In this document: positions 40,460 to 50,880 of the stretch, one piece after another | How the letters are laid out: each line of letters starts with the position of its first letter | Position numbering within the stretch: position 1 is the first letter of the stretch | From: a virus | Lineage: Duplodnaviria; Caudoviricetes | DNA: 64,000 bases | Virus record (IMG/VR): IMGVR_UViG_3300027804_000001 | Coordinates: 256,001 to 320,000 of that record | Direction: 5' to 3' (one strand) | Program-made: the position numbers and the translations under genes | The notes under the pieces: generated by a model | Told to the model about the DNA's origin: nothing | The model's input: the letters and a program-made list of their open reading frames with translations, nothing else | Databases searched by the model: none

Positions 40460-41471
40460 AACTTTTAATTTTAATTGTTTTTTTATTTTTTTCTTTTATT
40501 GTTAATCTTAAAAATGGATTTAAAAATTTAGTCCATGCGTCGTCTGATTTAGGTAGTAGATTGAAGATTCCGTCCTCCATCATCATTTTCATAGTGTTTT
40601 TGTATGATCTACCTTCGGGGTCAAGAGTATCGTTTATTAACGAATTAATTGTCTCTTTTGCCTCATCTGTAAGAAATGGTTCATCTAAACTTACAATCTT
40701 CTTGTTTATGTGGAAGAATTCCTCACCAAATACACCATGTTTTGTAACACCTGTAAGGATGTTCTTGTATAACCAGTTATTTTTATCCCCTTCAAGTAAT
40801 AGATTTGTTCTCTCTATCACTTCTTCAAGTCTAACTGGTCTATCTTTAATTTCAGGGAATAAGGTAAGTAGTCTTTTTAAACCCATACTTTTAATTCCCG
40901 ATATATTATCGGATGGGTCACCACATAACATTTTAACTAATTTGACATTATCAATATGGATAGTTTCGTGATTATAAAAGATACTATCATTTACCTTATA
41001 AAGTTTACCGTGAGAAGGATTGTAAATCTGAGTTTTCTCAGATACAAGTTGTGTTAAATCTCCGTCAGATGAATATATGATTTTGTTTTCTGTTTGGGAA
41101 TTTTGAACATAATATGCAATACAATCATCAGTTTCACAGAATTCAAACTCACCTTGTCTCACATAAAGTTCTTCAAGATATTGTTTAATTCTACCTCTTT
41201 GGTAATTGTAGTTGTCAAGTTCCTCTTCGGTTCTAACTCTATTTCTCCTATTTTCTTTATATAGGTGATATATTTGTTTCCTTTGTGAAGAACCGTTTTC
41301 TCCGTCCCAAAAAACTACTATTTTGTCTAGATGGTATATCTCAAACGTTCTTCTAAGAGTATTGATAAAATGATATATTCCTCCAATATGTTTCCCCTTA
41401 TAGAAATGATTTTTGAGACCAAAGAAACCAATCGTGAGTAAATTATCTCCATCTACTAATAAAACAGACAT
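40452..41471 (-). CDS. 5'-3' exonuclease / flap endonuclease (T4 RNase H-like)
   Basis: LLVDGDNL, ETDD, SSDGDL, GDPSDNISGIK. Confidence 0.92.
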   Translation of the reverse strand: MSVLLVDGDNLLTIGFFGLKNHFYKGKHIGGIYHFINTLRRTFEIYHLDKIVVFWDGENGSSQRKQIYHLYKENRRNRVRTEEELDNYNYQRGRIKQYLEELYVRQGEFEFCETDDCIAYYVQNSQTENKIIYSSDGDLTQLVSEKTQIYNPSHGKLYKVNDSIFYNHETIHIDNVKLVKMLCGDPSDNISGIKSMGLKRLLTLFPEIKDRPVRLEEVIERTNLLLEGDKNNWLYKNILTGVTKHGVFGEEFFHINKKIVSLDEPFLTDEAKETINSLINDTLDPEGRSYKNTMKMMMEDGIFNLLPKSDDAWTKFLNPFLRLTIKEKNKKTIKIKSYE

Positions 41472-41491
41472 TAAAATTTATTATCATTATA

Positions 41492-42466
41492 CTATTCATC
41501 CTCAGTTACAACTTCAATATCCATTGCGTCTGTAACGTTAACGCCTAACATTTTACTAATATAGTCTCCATGTTCTGATTTGTAAAGTTCAATGCTTTTC
41601 TTTTCTTCAACATCGTCTCTACCCTTCATAAAATCATGTGCAGTAACTAAAATTCTACCATCTTCATAACCTAAACCATTTACGTGGTTTTTCATAATAG
41701 ATATTTTTGTTCTTGTTGCAATTTTAACTTTTCTCTTATCTTTAGTGATTGAGATTTTAGTAGTTCCTGCACCCTTTTGGTTACCAAATAAGAAAACCAA
41801 AGTTGAGTTTAACCAAATGGCTTCACCACCTTTTGCTTTGATTTTTGGTTGTCCAAATGGATTATCAGGTAACTCTACCCAAGGTTGGTTAACTATAATT
41901 AACGAGTTGGTATATTGTTTATCAACCCTTCTAGAACCTGAAATTCTCTGATTTAAACCCATACCGATTTTATCTGCCAATACTGATGCGTTGTGTTGTT
42001 TACCACCCTTACCATCGTATGTCATTTTACAAGGAACTGAACCTACGGAATCCCATAAGAAAAGAATATCATGTGGAATTTCACCTTTTTCTTGTGCGTC
42101 TAATACTTCATTAAGAAAATCCGTAATTTGTTCGATATATTCAAAATCACTATTGAACAAATAGAAATCATCTTCTTTATTGAAACCCATTAGTTCAGCG
42201 TGGTCCCAACTCCATTTTTGTTCTGTAATAATAAAAACCGGTAGAATACCTTTCTTTTGTGCGTCTACAGCCGCCTTTACAAGTGCAGTTGTTTTTCCTG
42301 TATCACTATGACCCAGAAACATATTTAAATGACCCATTGCTGGTCCGGGTATTCCTGTAGCATCTAAAAATGCATCACCCAAATCAAAGAAACGGTCAGC
42401 CTTATATTCCGCTTCTTTTGAGAACTTTTTCTTTATTGAACTAAAATCGTTTTTTTTGATTGCCAT
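41492..42466 (-). CDS. recA: RecA/UvsX recombinase
   Basis: GHSDTGKTT, WDSVG, INQ, KGGEA, KNH; start ATG 42466. Confidence 0.9.
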   Translation of the reverse strand: MAIKKNDFSSIKKKFSKEAEYKADRFFDLGDAFLDATGIPGPAMGHLNMFLGHSDTGKTTALVKAAVDAQKKGILPVFIITEQKWSWDHAELMGFNKEDDFYLFNSDFEYIEQITDFLNEVLDAQEKGEIPHDILFLWDSVGSVPCKMTYDGKGGKQHNASVLADKIGMGLNQRISGSRRVDKQYTNSLIIVNQPWVELPDNPFGQPKIKAKGGEAIWLNSTLVFLFGNQKGAGTTKISITKDKRKVKIATRTKISIMKNHVNGLGYEDGRILVTAHDFMKGRDDVEEKKSIELYKSEHGDYISKMLGVNVTDAMDIEVVTEDE

Positions 42467-42484
42467 AATATAAAATTTAAAAAT

Positions 42485-42513
42485 GGGGACCATTGACGTT
42501 ATCTACGGCCCCC
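42485..42513 (-). terminator. Probable terminator or processing hairpin between SSB and recA
   Basis: GGGGGCCG...UGGUCCCC stem followed by AUUUUU. Confidence 0.6.
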
Positions 42514-42528
42514 TTTGTTTTTTACCAA

Positions 42529-43386
42529 TTAGAATGGTAAATCTTCATCTACATCATCTTCTTCTTGTGGGTCTGCCACAGGTGTGGATTTTTTAGGTGA
42601 AGTAATAGTTTCTTCTACTTGTGAAACTAATTGTGAAGAGGAAATCCATTTGTTACTATCAGTGCTCCATTTTGGAACTTCTCCATTTGCAACAATTTCA
42701 AGATAATCTTCACCTTTTTTAGAATAAACATCAGACCAAACCAACTCATCATTAACCCATTCATTCGCCTTTGCTTCATCTTCATGTAGTGGAGTCGGAT
42801 CTTCAGGAATAACAGAGTTAATTGTTGTGTATTCTTTTCCTGTTCCTGCTTTAGTTAAACCCAAAGAAAGAATCAAATCACGACCTTTAGTGGTCTCAGT
42901 AATATCTCCTTTGTTTTTGAAGATTGGGAAAATTTTGTCTAATACACCATCCCCCTTTGCATTGTGTTTAAATCTCCAAAATTTAACACCATCTTCTTCA
43001 TGATCTCTATCAATCACCTTAACAATGTAAAATTTACGAGAACGGTATTGTCTTGCCAATTCTCTGTCTGATTCTACACCTGTTTCCATTAAACTTTGGT
43101 AAACCTCATTTAGTGGAGAACGTTTACTTTCTTGTTTTGGGTCATAAAGTTTTAACCATTTTCCATCAACTTGAACTTCATGGAAATAAACCTCAACAAA
43201 GGGTGAACCTCCGTCTTTAGTTGGAAGAATTCTAATTCTTCTTTCTTCACCACGAGAACCTTTTGGAAGGACTGTTGTGAAGTACTTTTTCATTCTGTCT
43301 TCTTGTGAGACTTTGTTTGTGTTGCCACTTGTGGCTTGTTTGCTTTTTTCGTACTGCTTGAGTACTGCATCAAATGTTGTTGACAT
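42529..43386 (-). CDS. Single-stranded DNA-binding protein (gp32-like)
   Basis: IRILP...PF.E.YFH, G.D..L, acidic C-terminal tail DDVDEDLPF. Confidence 0.85.
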   Translation of the reverse strand: MSTTFDAVLKQYEKSKQATSGNTNKVSQEDRMKKYFTTVLPKGSRGEERRIRILPTKDGGSPFVEVYFHEVQVDGKWLKLYDPKQESKRSPLNEVYQSLMETGVESDRELARQYRSRKFYIVKVIDRDHEEDGVKFWRFKHNAKGDGVLDKIFPIFKNKGDITETTKGRDLILSLGLTKAGTGKEYTTINSVIPEDPTPLHEDEAKANEWVNDELVWSDVYSKKGEDYLEIVANGEVPKWSTDSNKWISSSQLVSQVEETITSPKKSTPVADPQEEDDVDEDLPF

Positions 43387-43437
43387 AATAAATAATTTAA
43401 GTTAATAATATCATTGTCTTAATAATATAAATAAAAA

Positions 43438-43461
43438 AACCCGAATTATAAAATCCGGGTT
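43438..43461 (-). terminator. Intrinsic terminator
   Basis: AACCCGG...TCGGGTT stem then T tract on the minus strand. Confidence 0.65.
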
Positions 43462-43490
43462 AATCTTTTTTTAAAAAATCTTTTTTCTTG

Positions 43491-43862
43491 TTATTCCATA
43501 GTAAAAAGATATGAATATTTGTTTACTAAACCAAGAATTTCGTCTCTTAAGTTTAATAAGTTCGTATCTTTAGGGTCAATATCCTCTGACATTTGTACCA
43601 ACGCTTGTCTAACTGTGTTAACAAGTCCTTTGATGTCTATTTCAGATAAATTACTTAATTGTATGTTTTTTGTTTCCTCGTCTAAAACGAATCTACCGTA
43701 CTGTCCCATTGCTTGTTCAACAAAATCATCAATAAGTGGGTCTAAATCACTGTAAAAGTTTCCAAATGCTTCATGTCTAGCAATACCTTTTGTTTGCCAG
43801 TGACAAATTTTTAATTGAACTTGTAGACCCAATAAAAAATTTACATTAGAACTTAAATTCAT
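43491..43862 (-). CDS. Dps/ferritin-like protein (DUF5856-like)
   Basis: HWQT.G...HEAF..FY..L...D.F.E ferroxidase-like motif. Confidence 0.75.
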   Translation of the reverse strand: MNLSSNVNFLLGLQVQLKICHWQTKGIARHEAFGNFYSDLDPLIDDFVEQAMGQYGRFVLDEETKNIQLSNLSEIDIKGLVNTVRQALVQMSEDIDPKDTNLLNLRDEILGLVNKYSYLFTME

Positions 43863-44466
43863 CTTGTTGTTCTTCTGGATTAAATGATTGCTTTATGGTG
43901 TCTGTTGGATATTCTTCAACTTCTTGTTTAGTTAAAACATATTCGTTTTTACCACTTTGTCTCATTTCATCTTGTTTAACCGCGAAAAATTGTTGTGGAT
44001 TTTGGTTAAACGGATACGAATCAAGAGATCTCATTTCCAATCTCTCTTGTGCGTTTGGTTCTTTCATTGTTTCAACCTTAGATGATAATTGGTCGATTTT
44101 AGATATAACCTGATCCATATTGGAAAGTTTACTCTCCAAATCGTCTAATTTTGTAAAAACAGCATCCATTTGAGTCATTACATTACCGTGGTCTTGTTTA
44201 TTATCGTCAATGTCCTTTTTGATACTTTTGGTCATATTAACCAAATCGGTAATATCTATTTCTTCTGTTGAATCCATTTCAGGTGCAACTGGTGCATTTG
44301 GAAGTGGTGCTGCGGCATCAGGTGCCGGTGCAGTATCATCAGCAGGGGGCATGTCCGTTGGGGGAGCCAAATCAGCCGGTGCTTCCTGTTCCATAACCAT
44401 TTTCTTTCCGTACTTATTGATGGCATTAAATCTCATCAATTCTTCGTGTAATTTTTTTTCTAACAT
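43846..44466 (-). CDS. Hypothetical acidic protein with Ala/Pro linker and coiled coil
   Basis: APADLAPPTDMPPADD linker; start ATG 44466. Confidence 0.6.
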   Translation of the reverse strand: MLEKKLHEELMRFNAINKYGKKMVMEQEAPADLAPPTDMPPADDTAPAPDAAAPLPNAPVAPEMDSTEEIDITDLVNMTKSIKKDIDDNKQDHGNVMTQMDAVFTKLDDLESKLSNMDQVISKIDQLSSKVETMKEPNAQERLEMRSLDSYPFNQNPQQFFAVKQDEMRQSGKNEYVLTKQEVEEYPTDTIKQSFNPEEQQDEFKF

Positions 44467-44470
44467 GATA

Positions 44471-44674
44471 TTAATCTTGTAAAAGTTGTCTACCGTCATT
44501 TGTGACGTATTTTTTATTTATTCTTTCTACTAAACCGTCTTTTTCTCTAATCACATAACATTCACCTGTTACCAAATCACATTCTTCTCTTTCCATACCG
44601 TCATTTGACACATTCTTAACTTGTTTTGGATTTAAGAATTGGTCTACCGTATTTTTTAATTTATTACTATCCAT
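44471..44674 (-). CDS. Small hypothetical protein
   Basis: ATG start 11 nt after a doubled TATTTATA motif (44686-44699). Confidence 0.65.
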   Translation of the reverse strand: MDSNKLKNTVDQFLNPKQVKNVSNDGMEREECDLVTGECYVIREKDGLVERINKKYVTNDGRQLLQD

Positions 44675-44720
44675 AATATTTTCGTTATAAATATAAATAT
44701 CCTGTATATTATTAATATTC

Positions 44721-47700
44721 TTAGTTTATGTTAAAATATAATACATCTCCTTCTTGAATACCGAGAGTTTTCATTAATTTATTAGATAACGCAATACCAT
44801 AACCATCTATAAATGGTCCAATATTAACGGGACCTGAAACGTTTAACGATTCCACCCTTCTATCTAAATCATAATTTGGAGTTAAACTATATGTTTTATC
44901 GTTATTTGGGTTTAAAAATGTAGTCGTACCTGTTATAACCTTATCTGCGGTTATTGACCTAGAAAATTGAAACCTACAAGAATAAAATTCTTTTGAGTTA
45001 GCCAAATCTTTTAATTCAGACCATTTCAATCCTGTTTCACCAGATGAATTAACATTAGTTGTATTTTTTAATTTACTCAATAAAGACATATAAGTGGCAT
45101 CCGTAATTTCATAAATTTTGGATTCCATACCCATTCTTGCCACTTTTGCTCTAAACCAAACTTGAGTCTGACCTTTAGAATTTTTATACATAACTTTCTG
45201 AATATATTTCTCATTACCATATCCATTATATGGTACACCAAATTCAGAAATACCTACCGTTTGAATTAACTCTTCTCCCTTTATTTGGGTTGTACCCATA
45301 TCAGTAACAAAATTACCCATATCGGTTTTTATTGTTTTTTCTGTGGACGAAGATGTGGTTACTTCATTTGCTTTTTTAACAACCGCTCTCGCAGCATTTG
45401 TAACTTTATCTAATAAAGATTTATAACTTGAAATAAATGAATCTTCTGGGTCAGGTAAAGCCGCAGCTGGCATCTTTGTACCCTTAAAACTTGTTTCAAT
45501 GTTGTTATTTCTAATACTATGACTTACTTCTGTAATCCAATACGTACCTCTAAACATTGGGATATTTTTCAAATAGAAGTACATTGTCGGTTGTATCATT
45601 ACATCACCCATCATGGTCACTTCACATTGATATGACCTATTTTTATATATGTCAAACAATGCAATATCAACATTATATGCCCCTGAACCTGATTCTGATC
45701 TTGCAACGTTTTCAAGAACAGTCATTGATTCTGTTGTTTCTTTAAATTGTGCTTGGTCTAATGATACACCCTTGAAAACGTTTTGATATTGGTCACCAAA
45801 ACTAACTTCAAACGCAACAACTTTATTTGATTTATTTAACTGGTCAACATCATATAGTTCAGGTAGTGTAATAATTAATGGATTTTTATTTCTATTTGAA
45901 ATATCAAAACTATCATCGTTAAACTTATATGTTGATTTATTCATATCAGCCGGATGTTTTGCAGTCTGACCAACATATTGTAGAATTATTTTAGGTGACG
46001 ATTCTTGATAATCCACATCTAAAAAAGTACCAAATAAATTTTTAGCAACGCTCTTAGATGGTGTTATTTTTGACCTATTAGATATATTTGTACCATAAAA
46101 ATTAACATAAGCCGGTAATGCTCTCATATCAATGTTTGCACCTGCAATCAATGTAGATATAGCACTATATAGACTTATTTTGTCATTTTTATTATCAATC
46201 AACCCAATAAACTTACTAATATTCAAATACGTTTTACTTCCGATATCTCTATTTGCTCTATCTAAAAATAAAAACTCTTCGAATAATAATCTCTGACCTA
46301 AAGAGTTACCCGCAACCCATTTGTCATTAAATGATTTAAATGAATTATAAAGTTCTATTTTAAGTTGTCTATTGTTATATCCATCGATAAAATTTACCGA
46401 TACGTCGTTTTTTACTAATTCTAATTTTGAAAATCTTGGAATAAGTTGTGTTAAAAAATAATTCAACCTGTTATTTGAACCACCCACTTCGGTGTTAGTG
46501 GTTGCTTTGTCTAAAATGTTATTTTTTAGATATGTTACAAATGCGGTTTTAGTATTTGTTCCATTTGTTCCGTTTGTTCCACCGTTTTTAAGATAACCAC
46601 CATATATTAAAATTAAAGGTCTAAATAATAATACATTTTCTTCTGTTAATGCAATATTTGAAATTTGGAAAAAGTTTAAATATGTGATTCCCGTATCAGG
46701 ATTTTCACCAACATATAATGTAAGATATTTTGTATCACCACTTTGTGAACTATAGTTAAACGGTTCCCATGTTTCTGTTCCATTTACATAACCACTTAAA
46801 ACATATGAATCAATTTCTTTTGGATTACCTAATGTGAATTTCACTAAATTATGTTCTTTACATAATTCTTCGGACACATCAACCAATTTTTGTTTTTGTT
46901 TATCTTTAATTTTTCTTAAAATCTCTTCAACATTTGTACCGTCTGAGTCTTCTTTCTTTACGGATGTAATTTCTTTTAAAAGTTGTTGAAAGTTATCATA
47001 CTTTACATTTGGGAATTTTTTATATGGGTCATCGAAACCTATATAATCAGAACTAAATTGTAAAAACATGTCTTCAAATTCATCTAAAATTTGAGGATTG
47101 AATGTGGCAATTAAGTCGTAAACTTTTTCTTGATTATTTTTTATTTCAAAAATATCTTTACCTACTTCTTTACTATATTCATATGGAGTATTAAATGTTT
47201 TACCACTAAAACTTTCTTCAAGATATTCGTCTTTCCATATAACTCTAAAATTCATTTGTTCAGACATATTAAAATCAAAATCAGAAGGTCGTAACCCGTT
47301 TGGTAAATTTTTAAAATTAATATATTCATTATTACCATCACATGGTAATAACGTGTATCTTAAATCTGTAGAATCAAATTTTGAATTATCAACATATTGT
47401 GTCCAATAATTTAAACCGTTTTCTTTTGATCTTACATTACCACCTATTTTTCCGTTAGTTGTGTTACCTGAAAAAGATGTATTACCATCAGATACTACAT
47501 AATGATTATATCCATTTACTACTTGGTGATAAACGGCGTCGTAATATGGATGTAAACCCACATCTTTACTTTGTGAATATGTTACACCCGTTGTATTAAA
47601 ACTAAACATGGTATATTGTGAACCAGTTTCGTTATCATTAAAAAATTTGTTACCGTCTATATTAGTGGTTATTGTACTCGTATTTGACGTTGTAAAACCT

Positions 47701-50567
47701 GTTAATATGTCTACACCTTCCAATACTTTTTTCTTATATCTGTGATATATTGAACCCCATTTAAGAATAAGATGATACGGTATAAAATGTGTTCCACCAA
47801 TTTCTCTAAAAATAGATGACATTCTAATTGGTGAAAGTAAATTTACTGTGGTATTATCTATTGTTGTTCCTTCTGTCCTAATAAATCCAATTTCATCTTT
47901 TAAATCAAGATATGGTAATGAATCTAATAACAAATATGCAGAACCCACATACTTACCGAAGGATGTTGTTTTGGTAAAATCACTATATAATTGTTTATGA
48001 AAATATGGTGTGTTTAAAATATTCGTTGCGTTATTTCCATTAAACAGTGATCGGGTAAACATGTTAAATATCCCGTCAATTTTTTTATACGGTTCTCTTA
48101 ACCAGTTATAAAGATTTATTGGTGTTGATATAAATTCATCGTTTTCACCAAATTTAAAAACACCTTTAAATTTAAATTCATCATCAGTAAACTTTTCTTT
48201 ATTAATGTAAGAAAGGTATGTTTTTGAATTAAATGGGAATATGTTTTTTCTATATGATTCGGGTGTGTAATTTAAAATTTGTTCATCTAAATTTTTGTAA
48301 AGAGATTTATCAAATCTTTTACCTTCTAAATTTTCTACAAATTGTTCAAGTTTAAATGATTTATTTATTACATCACTTATATATTTTGTAGTTGGTAGTG
48401 AATCTTCGTAATATGGAAATCTTTCCATTGGTGAAAGTTTCTCCATATAATTTAATAAATCATTTTTAGACTTTATATTGTTTTTTAATATGTCTAAAAT
48501 ATCCAGCTCTTCACCTACAACATTTTGTATTGATTCAAATTCTATACCAGCAATTTCATTTAATACTTTATCATTAAATGAATCAATTAATGTAAATAAC
48601 TTAGCTCTTTCATAAATTTCATATAAAAAAGAAACCGGAGTTCTATCTGAATATGGTAATACAGATTGTGTTTGAAATATTGTACTTACATCTTTTATAT
48701 CCGATTCTTCTCTATTATTATCAAAAATATATTCCAAGTCATTTACACCACCTTCTTTTTCGGTTAATGGATCATTTAAATTTGTTGATACACCCATAAA
48801 TTCTTCGACAAACGCAACCTCGGGCCACATTAGACCATCATATGATTTTAATTTATCTTGTAATTCAGGTTCACCGGGATACGCAATAACTCTTTGTTTA
48901 TCACCTGGTGTTGTTTTTTTAATTTCAGGCCAAGGATATATTGCATCCCCAACACTCTCATCAGAAAAGTTTTTAATTAATTCTTTTCTTTCGTTCGCTA
49001 AGTTAAACGCGTCGTTATGTACTTCTTTCATTAATCTAACATAAACCTCAGCGTTTGCCATTAATACACCAAAAAGGTTTCTTATTGTTGGTTCAAATCC
49101 AAAACCTTTATCTGGATCCTTAATGATTTCATTCATTTTCTTTTCTATGTCTTTTTCAATTTTTGAATTTTGTTCAAAAAAAACTTTTTTAAGAACATGA
49201 ACATCCGATAATAATTTATCGATTAATATGTAATATTTGGTGGGATTACTTTTTATTTTACTATAGTAGTTATCAATTGGTGGTAAGGTGTTTGATAAAA
49301 TTTTTGTATTAACATTCAATCCACCTTTTTTAACATTACTATTAAAAGTTTCTTGGTATTTTTTTAATTCGTCAGATGATGATTTAATAATATATTCTAA
49401 TGTTTTATTATTAGTGTTTCCTGTAACCAAATCTAAATCAAGTTTATTTTTGGATTTTAATGCAAATCCTCTGGTTACATCTGTATTAATTCTAAAATCA
49501 TCACTATAATCAGTTAAATCTAAATTTTTATTTTTCCAACCATTAATTTTAATTTCAAAATCATCTAATACTTTTCTGTATGACCTTAAACCATCTAAAA
49601 CTTTTGGGTCAATAACCTCATCAAAAATTTGTTGTTCTAATCTTTTATCAAGAGTTGATGCCAATGCACAAATTTCTCTTAATGTTTTTACAGGAAAATT
49701 TTCAGGTATTAATTTTTTCTGTTTCATTTCAGAATAAACAGATTTTAATATCTGATATCCTTTTGATGATTTTAATGCTTTCTTTTCATATAGACCAGTT
49801 TTTTCATTAAATGTTTTTGAACCTTCTACTGTTCTAACAAACATGTATGGACTATTTAAAACCGCCTTTAATGGGATATCGGTCATGAATGGATATGTTG
49901 AACCTAAAAATTTTGTGGTTACATCAAAATTTCCTGTACTTGGATTAAATCTTGAATTAAAAGATGTTAGATGTAATCTATATCTAATAGCTTTACCATA
50001 ATATCCTTTAATTGTTAAATAAAATATTGGCCACGGCATATGAAAAAACGCCTTGTATGGTGAATTTTCCGCAGCCTCAAATAGTGTTTTACCTCTTACA
50101 TCAACAAAGTCAATAATGATTTGTGGTATAAAATTGGCACCCTTTATTTGTACCGAAATACTTTGAATACCGAAAGATTGTCCCGACCCGTCATTTTGAT
50201 AGAATTCATCTTTAATTGGATTTCCGTCTTTGTCTTTTTTTTGTTTTGTTTCTAAAAAGGCATCAGTCCATCCTGATGTAAAATTTCTATTATTTGGGTC
50301 AGATTGATCACCACTTTGTGATGATAAGAAATTTAAGGTTCCTTTTGCAATTGATGTTAGTGATGATAACTTTTCACCCGAAACCAAAATTGTTCTTGGG
50401 ACGATATCCGCCTCCAAGTTAACATACATAACCAATTTTTCATGTGAAACATTTCTTGGCTGAACTTCATTATTAACCAACACACTATTAGGATCAACGT
50501 AAATTAAATTATTTTCGTCGGTCTTAATTAAAATATTCTCACTATTTGATAAATCATTGTTCGCCAT
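44721..50567 (-). CDS. Giant 1948-aa baseplate hub / late-control-D-like tail protein
   Basis: GIQSI.V...FIPQI.I.F.DVRG and C-terminal C.V.MMG...IQP.MYF.L motifs typical of hub proteins; follows LysM/gpX-like gene. Confidence 0.65.
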   Translation of the reverse strand: MANNDLSNSENILIKTDENNLIYVDPNSVLVNNEVQPRNVSHEKLVMYVNLEADIVPRTILVSGEKLSSLTSIAKGTLNFLSSQSGDQSDPNNRNFTSGWTDAFLETKQKKDKDGNPIKDEFYQNDGSGQSFGIQSISVQIKGANFIPQIIIDFVDVRGKTLFEAAENSPYKAFFHMPWPIFYLTIKGYYGKAIRYRLHLTSFNSRFNPSTGNFDVTTKFLGSTYPFMTDIPLKAVLNSPYMFVRTVEGSKTFNEKTGLYEKKALKSSKGYQILKSVYSEMKQKKLIPENFPVKTLREICALASTLDKRLEQQIFDEVIDPKVLDGLRSYRKVLDDFEIKINGWKNKNLDLTDYSDDFRINTDVTRGFALKSKNKLDLDLVTGNTNNKTLEYIIKSSSDELKKYQETFNSNVKKGGLNVNTKILSNTLPPIDNYYSKIKSNPTKYYILIDKLLSDVHVLKKVFFEQNSKIEKDIEKKMNEIIKDPDKGFGFEPTIRNLFGVLMANAEVYVRLMKEVHNDAFNLANERKELIKNFSDESVGDAIYPWPEIKKTTPGDKQRVIAYPGEPELQDKLKSYDGLMWPEVAFVEEFMGVSTNLNDPLTEKEGGVNDLEYIFDNNREESDIKDVSTIFQTQSVLPYSDRTPVSFLYEIYERAKLFTLIDSFNDKVLNEIAGIEFESIQNVVGEELDILDILKNNIKSKNDLLNYMEKLSPMERFPYYEDSLPTTKYISDVINKSFKLEQFVENLEGKRFDKSLYKNLDEQILNYTPESYRKNIFPFNSKTYLSYINKEKFTDDEFKFKGVFKFGENDEFISTPINLYNWLREPYKKIDGIFNMFTRSLFNGNNATNILNTPYFHKQLYSDFTKTTSFGKYVGSAYLLLDSLPYLDLKDEIGFIRTEGTTIDNTTVNLLSPIRMSSIFREIGGTHFIPYHLILKWGSIYHRYKKKVLEGVDILTGFTTSNTSTITTNIDGNKFFNDNETGSQYTMFSFNTTGVTYSQSKDVGLHPYYDAVYHQVVNGYNHYVVSDGNTSFSGNTTNGKIGGNVRSKENGLNYWTQYVDNSKFDSTDLRYTLLPCDGNNEYINFKNLPNGLRPSDFDFNMSEQMNFRVIWKDEYLEESFSGKTFNTPYEYSKEVGKDIFEIKNNQEKVYDLIATFNPQILDEFEDMFLQFSSDYIGFDDPYKKFPNVKYDNFQQLLKEITSVKKEDSDGTNVEEILRKIKDKQKQKLVDVSEELCKEHNLVKFTLGNPKEIDSYVLSGYVNGTETWEPFNYSSQSGDTKYLTLYVGENPDTGITYLNFFQISNIALTEENVLLFRPLILIYGGYLKNGGTNGTNGTNTKTAFVTYLKNNILDKATTNTEVGGSNNRLNYFLTQLIPRFSKLELVKNDVSVNFIDGYNNRQLKIELYNSFKSFNDKWVAGNSLGQRLLFEEFLFLDRANRDIGSKTYLNISKFIGLIDNKNDKISLYSAISTLIAGANIDMRALPAYVNFYGTNISNRSKITPSKSVAKNLFGTFLDVDYQESSPKIILQYVGQTAKHPADMNKSTYKFNDDSFDISNRNKNPLIITLPELYDVDQLNKSNKVVAFEVSFGDQYQNVFKGVSLDQAQFKETTESMTVLENVARSESGSGAYNVDIALFDIYKNRSYQCEVTMMGDVMIQPTMYFYLKNIPMFRGTYWITEVSHSIRNNNIETSFKGTKMPAAALPDPEDSFISSYKSLLDKVTNAARAVVKKANEVTTSSSTEKTIKTDMGNFVTDMGTTQIKGEELIQTVGISEFGVPYNGYGNEKYIQKVMYKNSKGQTQVWFRAKVARMGMESKIYEITDATYMSLLSKLKNTTNVNSSGETGLKWSELKDLANSKEFYSCRFQFSRSITADKVITGTTTFLNPNNDKTYSLTPNYDLDRRVESLNVSGPVNIGPFIDGYGIALSNKLMKTLGIQEGDVLYFNIN

Positions 50568-50880
50568 AATATAAATTATACAATTCTACACCTTTCTTAT
50601 AATCTTGTAAAGAGCTTGTTAAAGGGAAAGGTATTCTTAAAATAAAGTTATCAGGAATTTCAAATTCATTCGTTCCTGCACCAGGATTAGCCATCATTAT
50701 TAACCATCCAAATGTTGGTGTGTTGTAGAATTCTTGTGATAATTTATCTAATCTGTCTTTTGTTCTTCTATATTGGTGGTACTTATCGGTTCCTTTTATT
50801 GGAAGTTCTATACCCGGAACAATTCTAAATTTACCATCGTCTATGAAAAACTCATATCTATCAAAATAATTCCTACTCAT
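50554..50880 (-). CDS. LysM/gpX-like tail protein
   Basis: DRLDKLSQEFYN.P.FGWLIMMANP. Confidence 0.8.
   Translation of the reverse strand: MSRNYFDRYEFFIDDGKFRIVPGIELPIKGTDKYHQYRRTKDRLDKLSQEFYNTPTFGWLIMMANPGAGTNEFEIPDNFILRIPFPLTSSLQDYKKGVELYNLYYGEQ

Noticed and set aside
12440-47800. Other TGTTCCAC half-sites (about 12445, 20255, 26713, 32522, 47790)
   Set aside because: Single half-sites inside genes, explained by Gly-Thr (GGA ACA) codons on the minus strand
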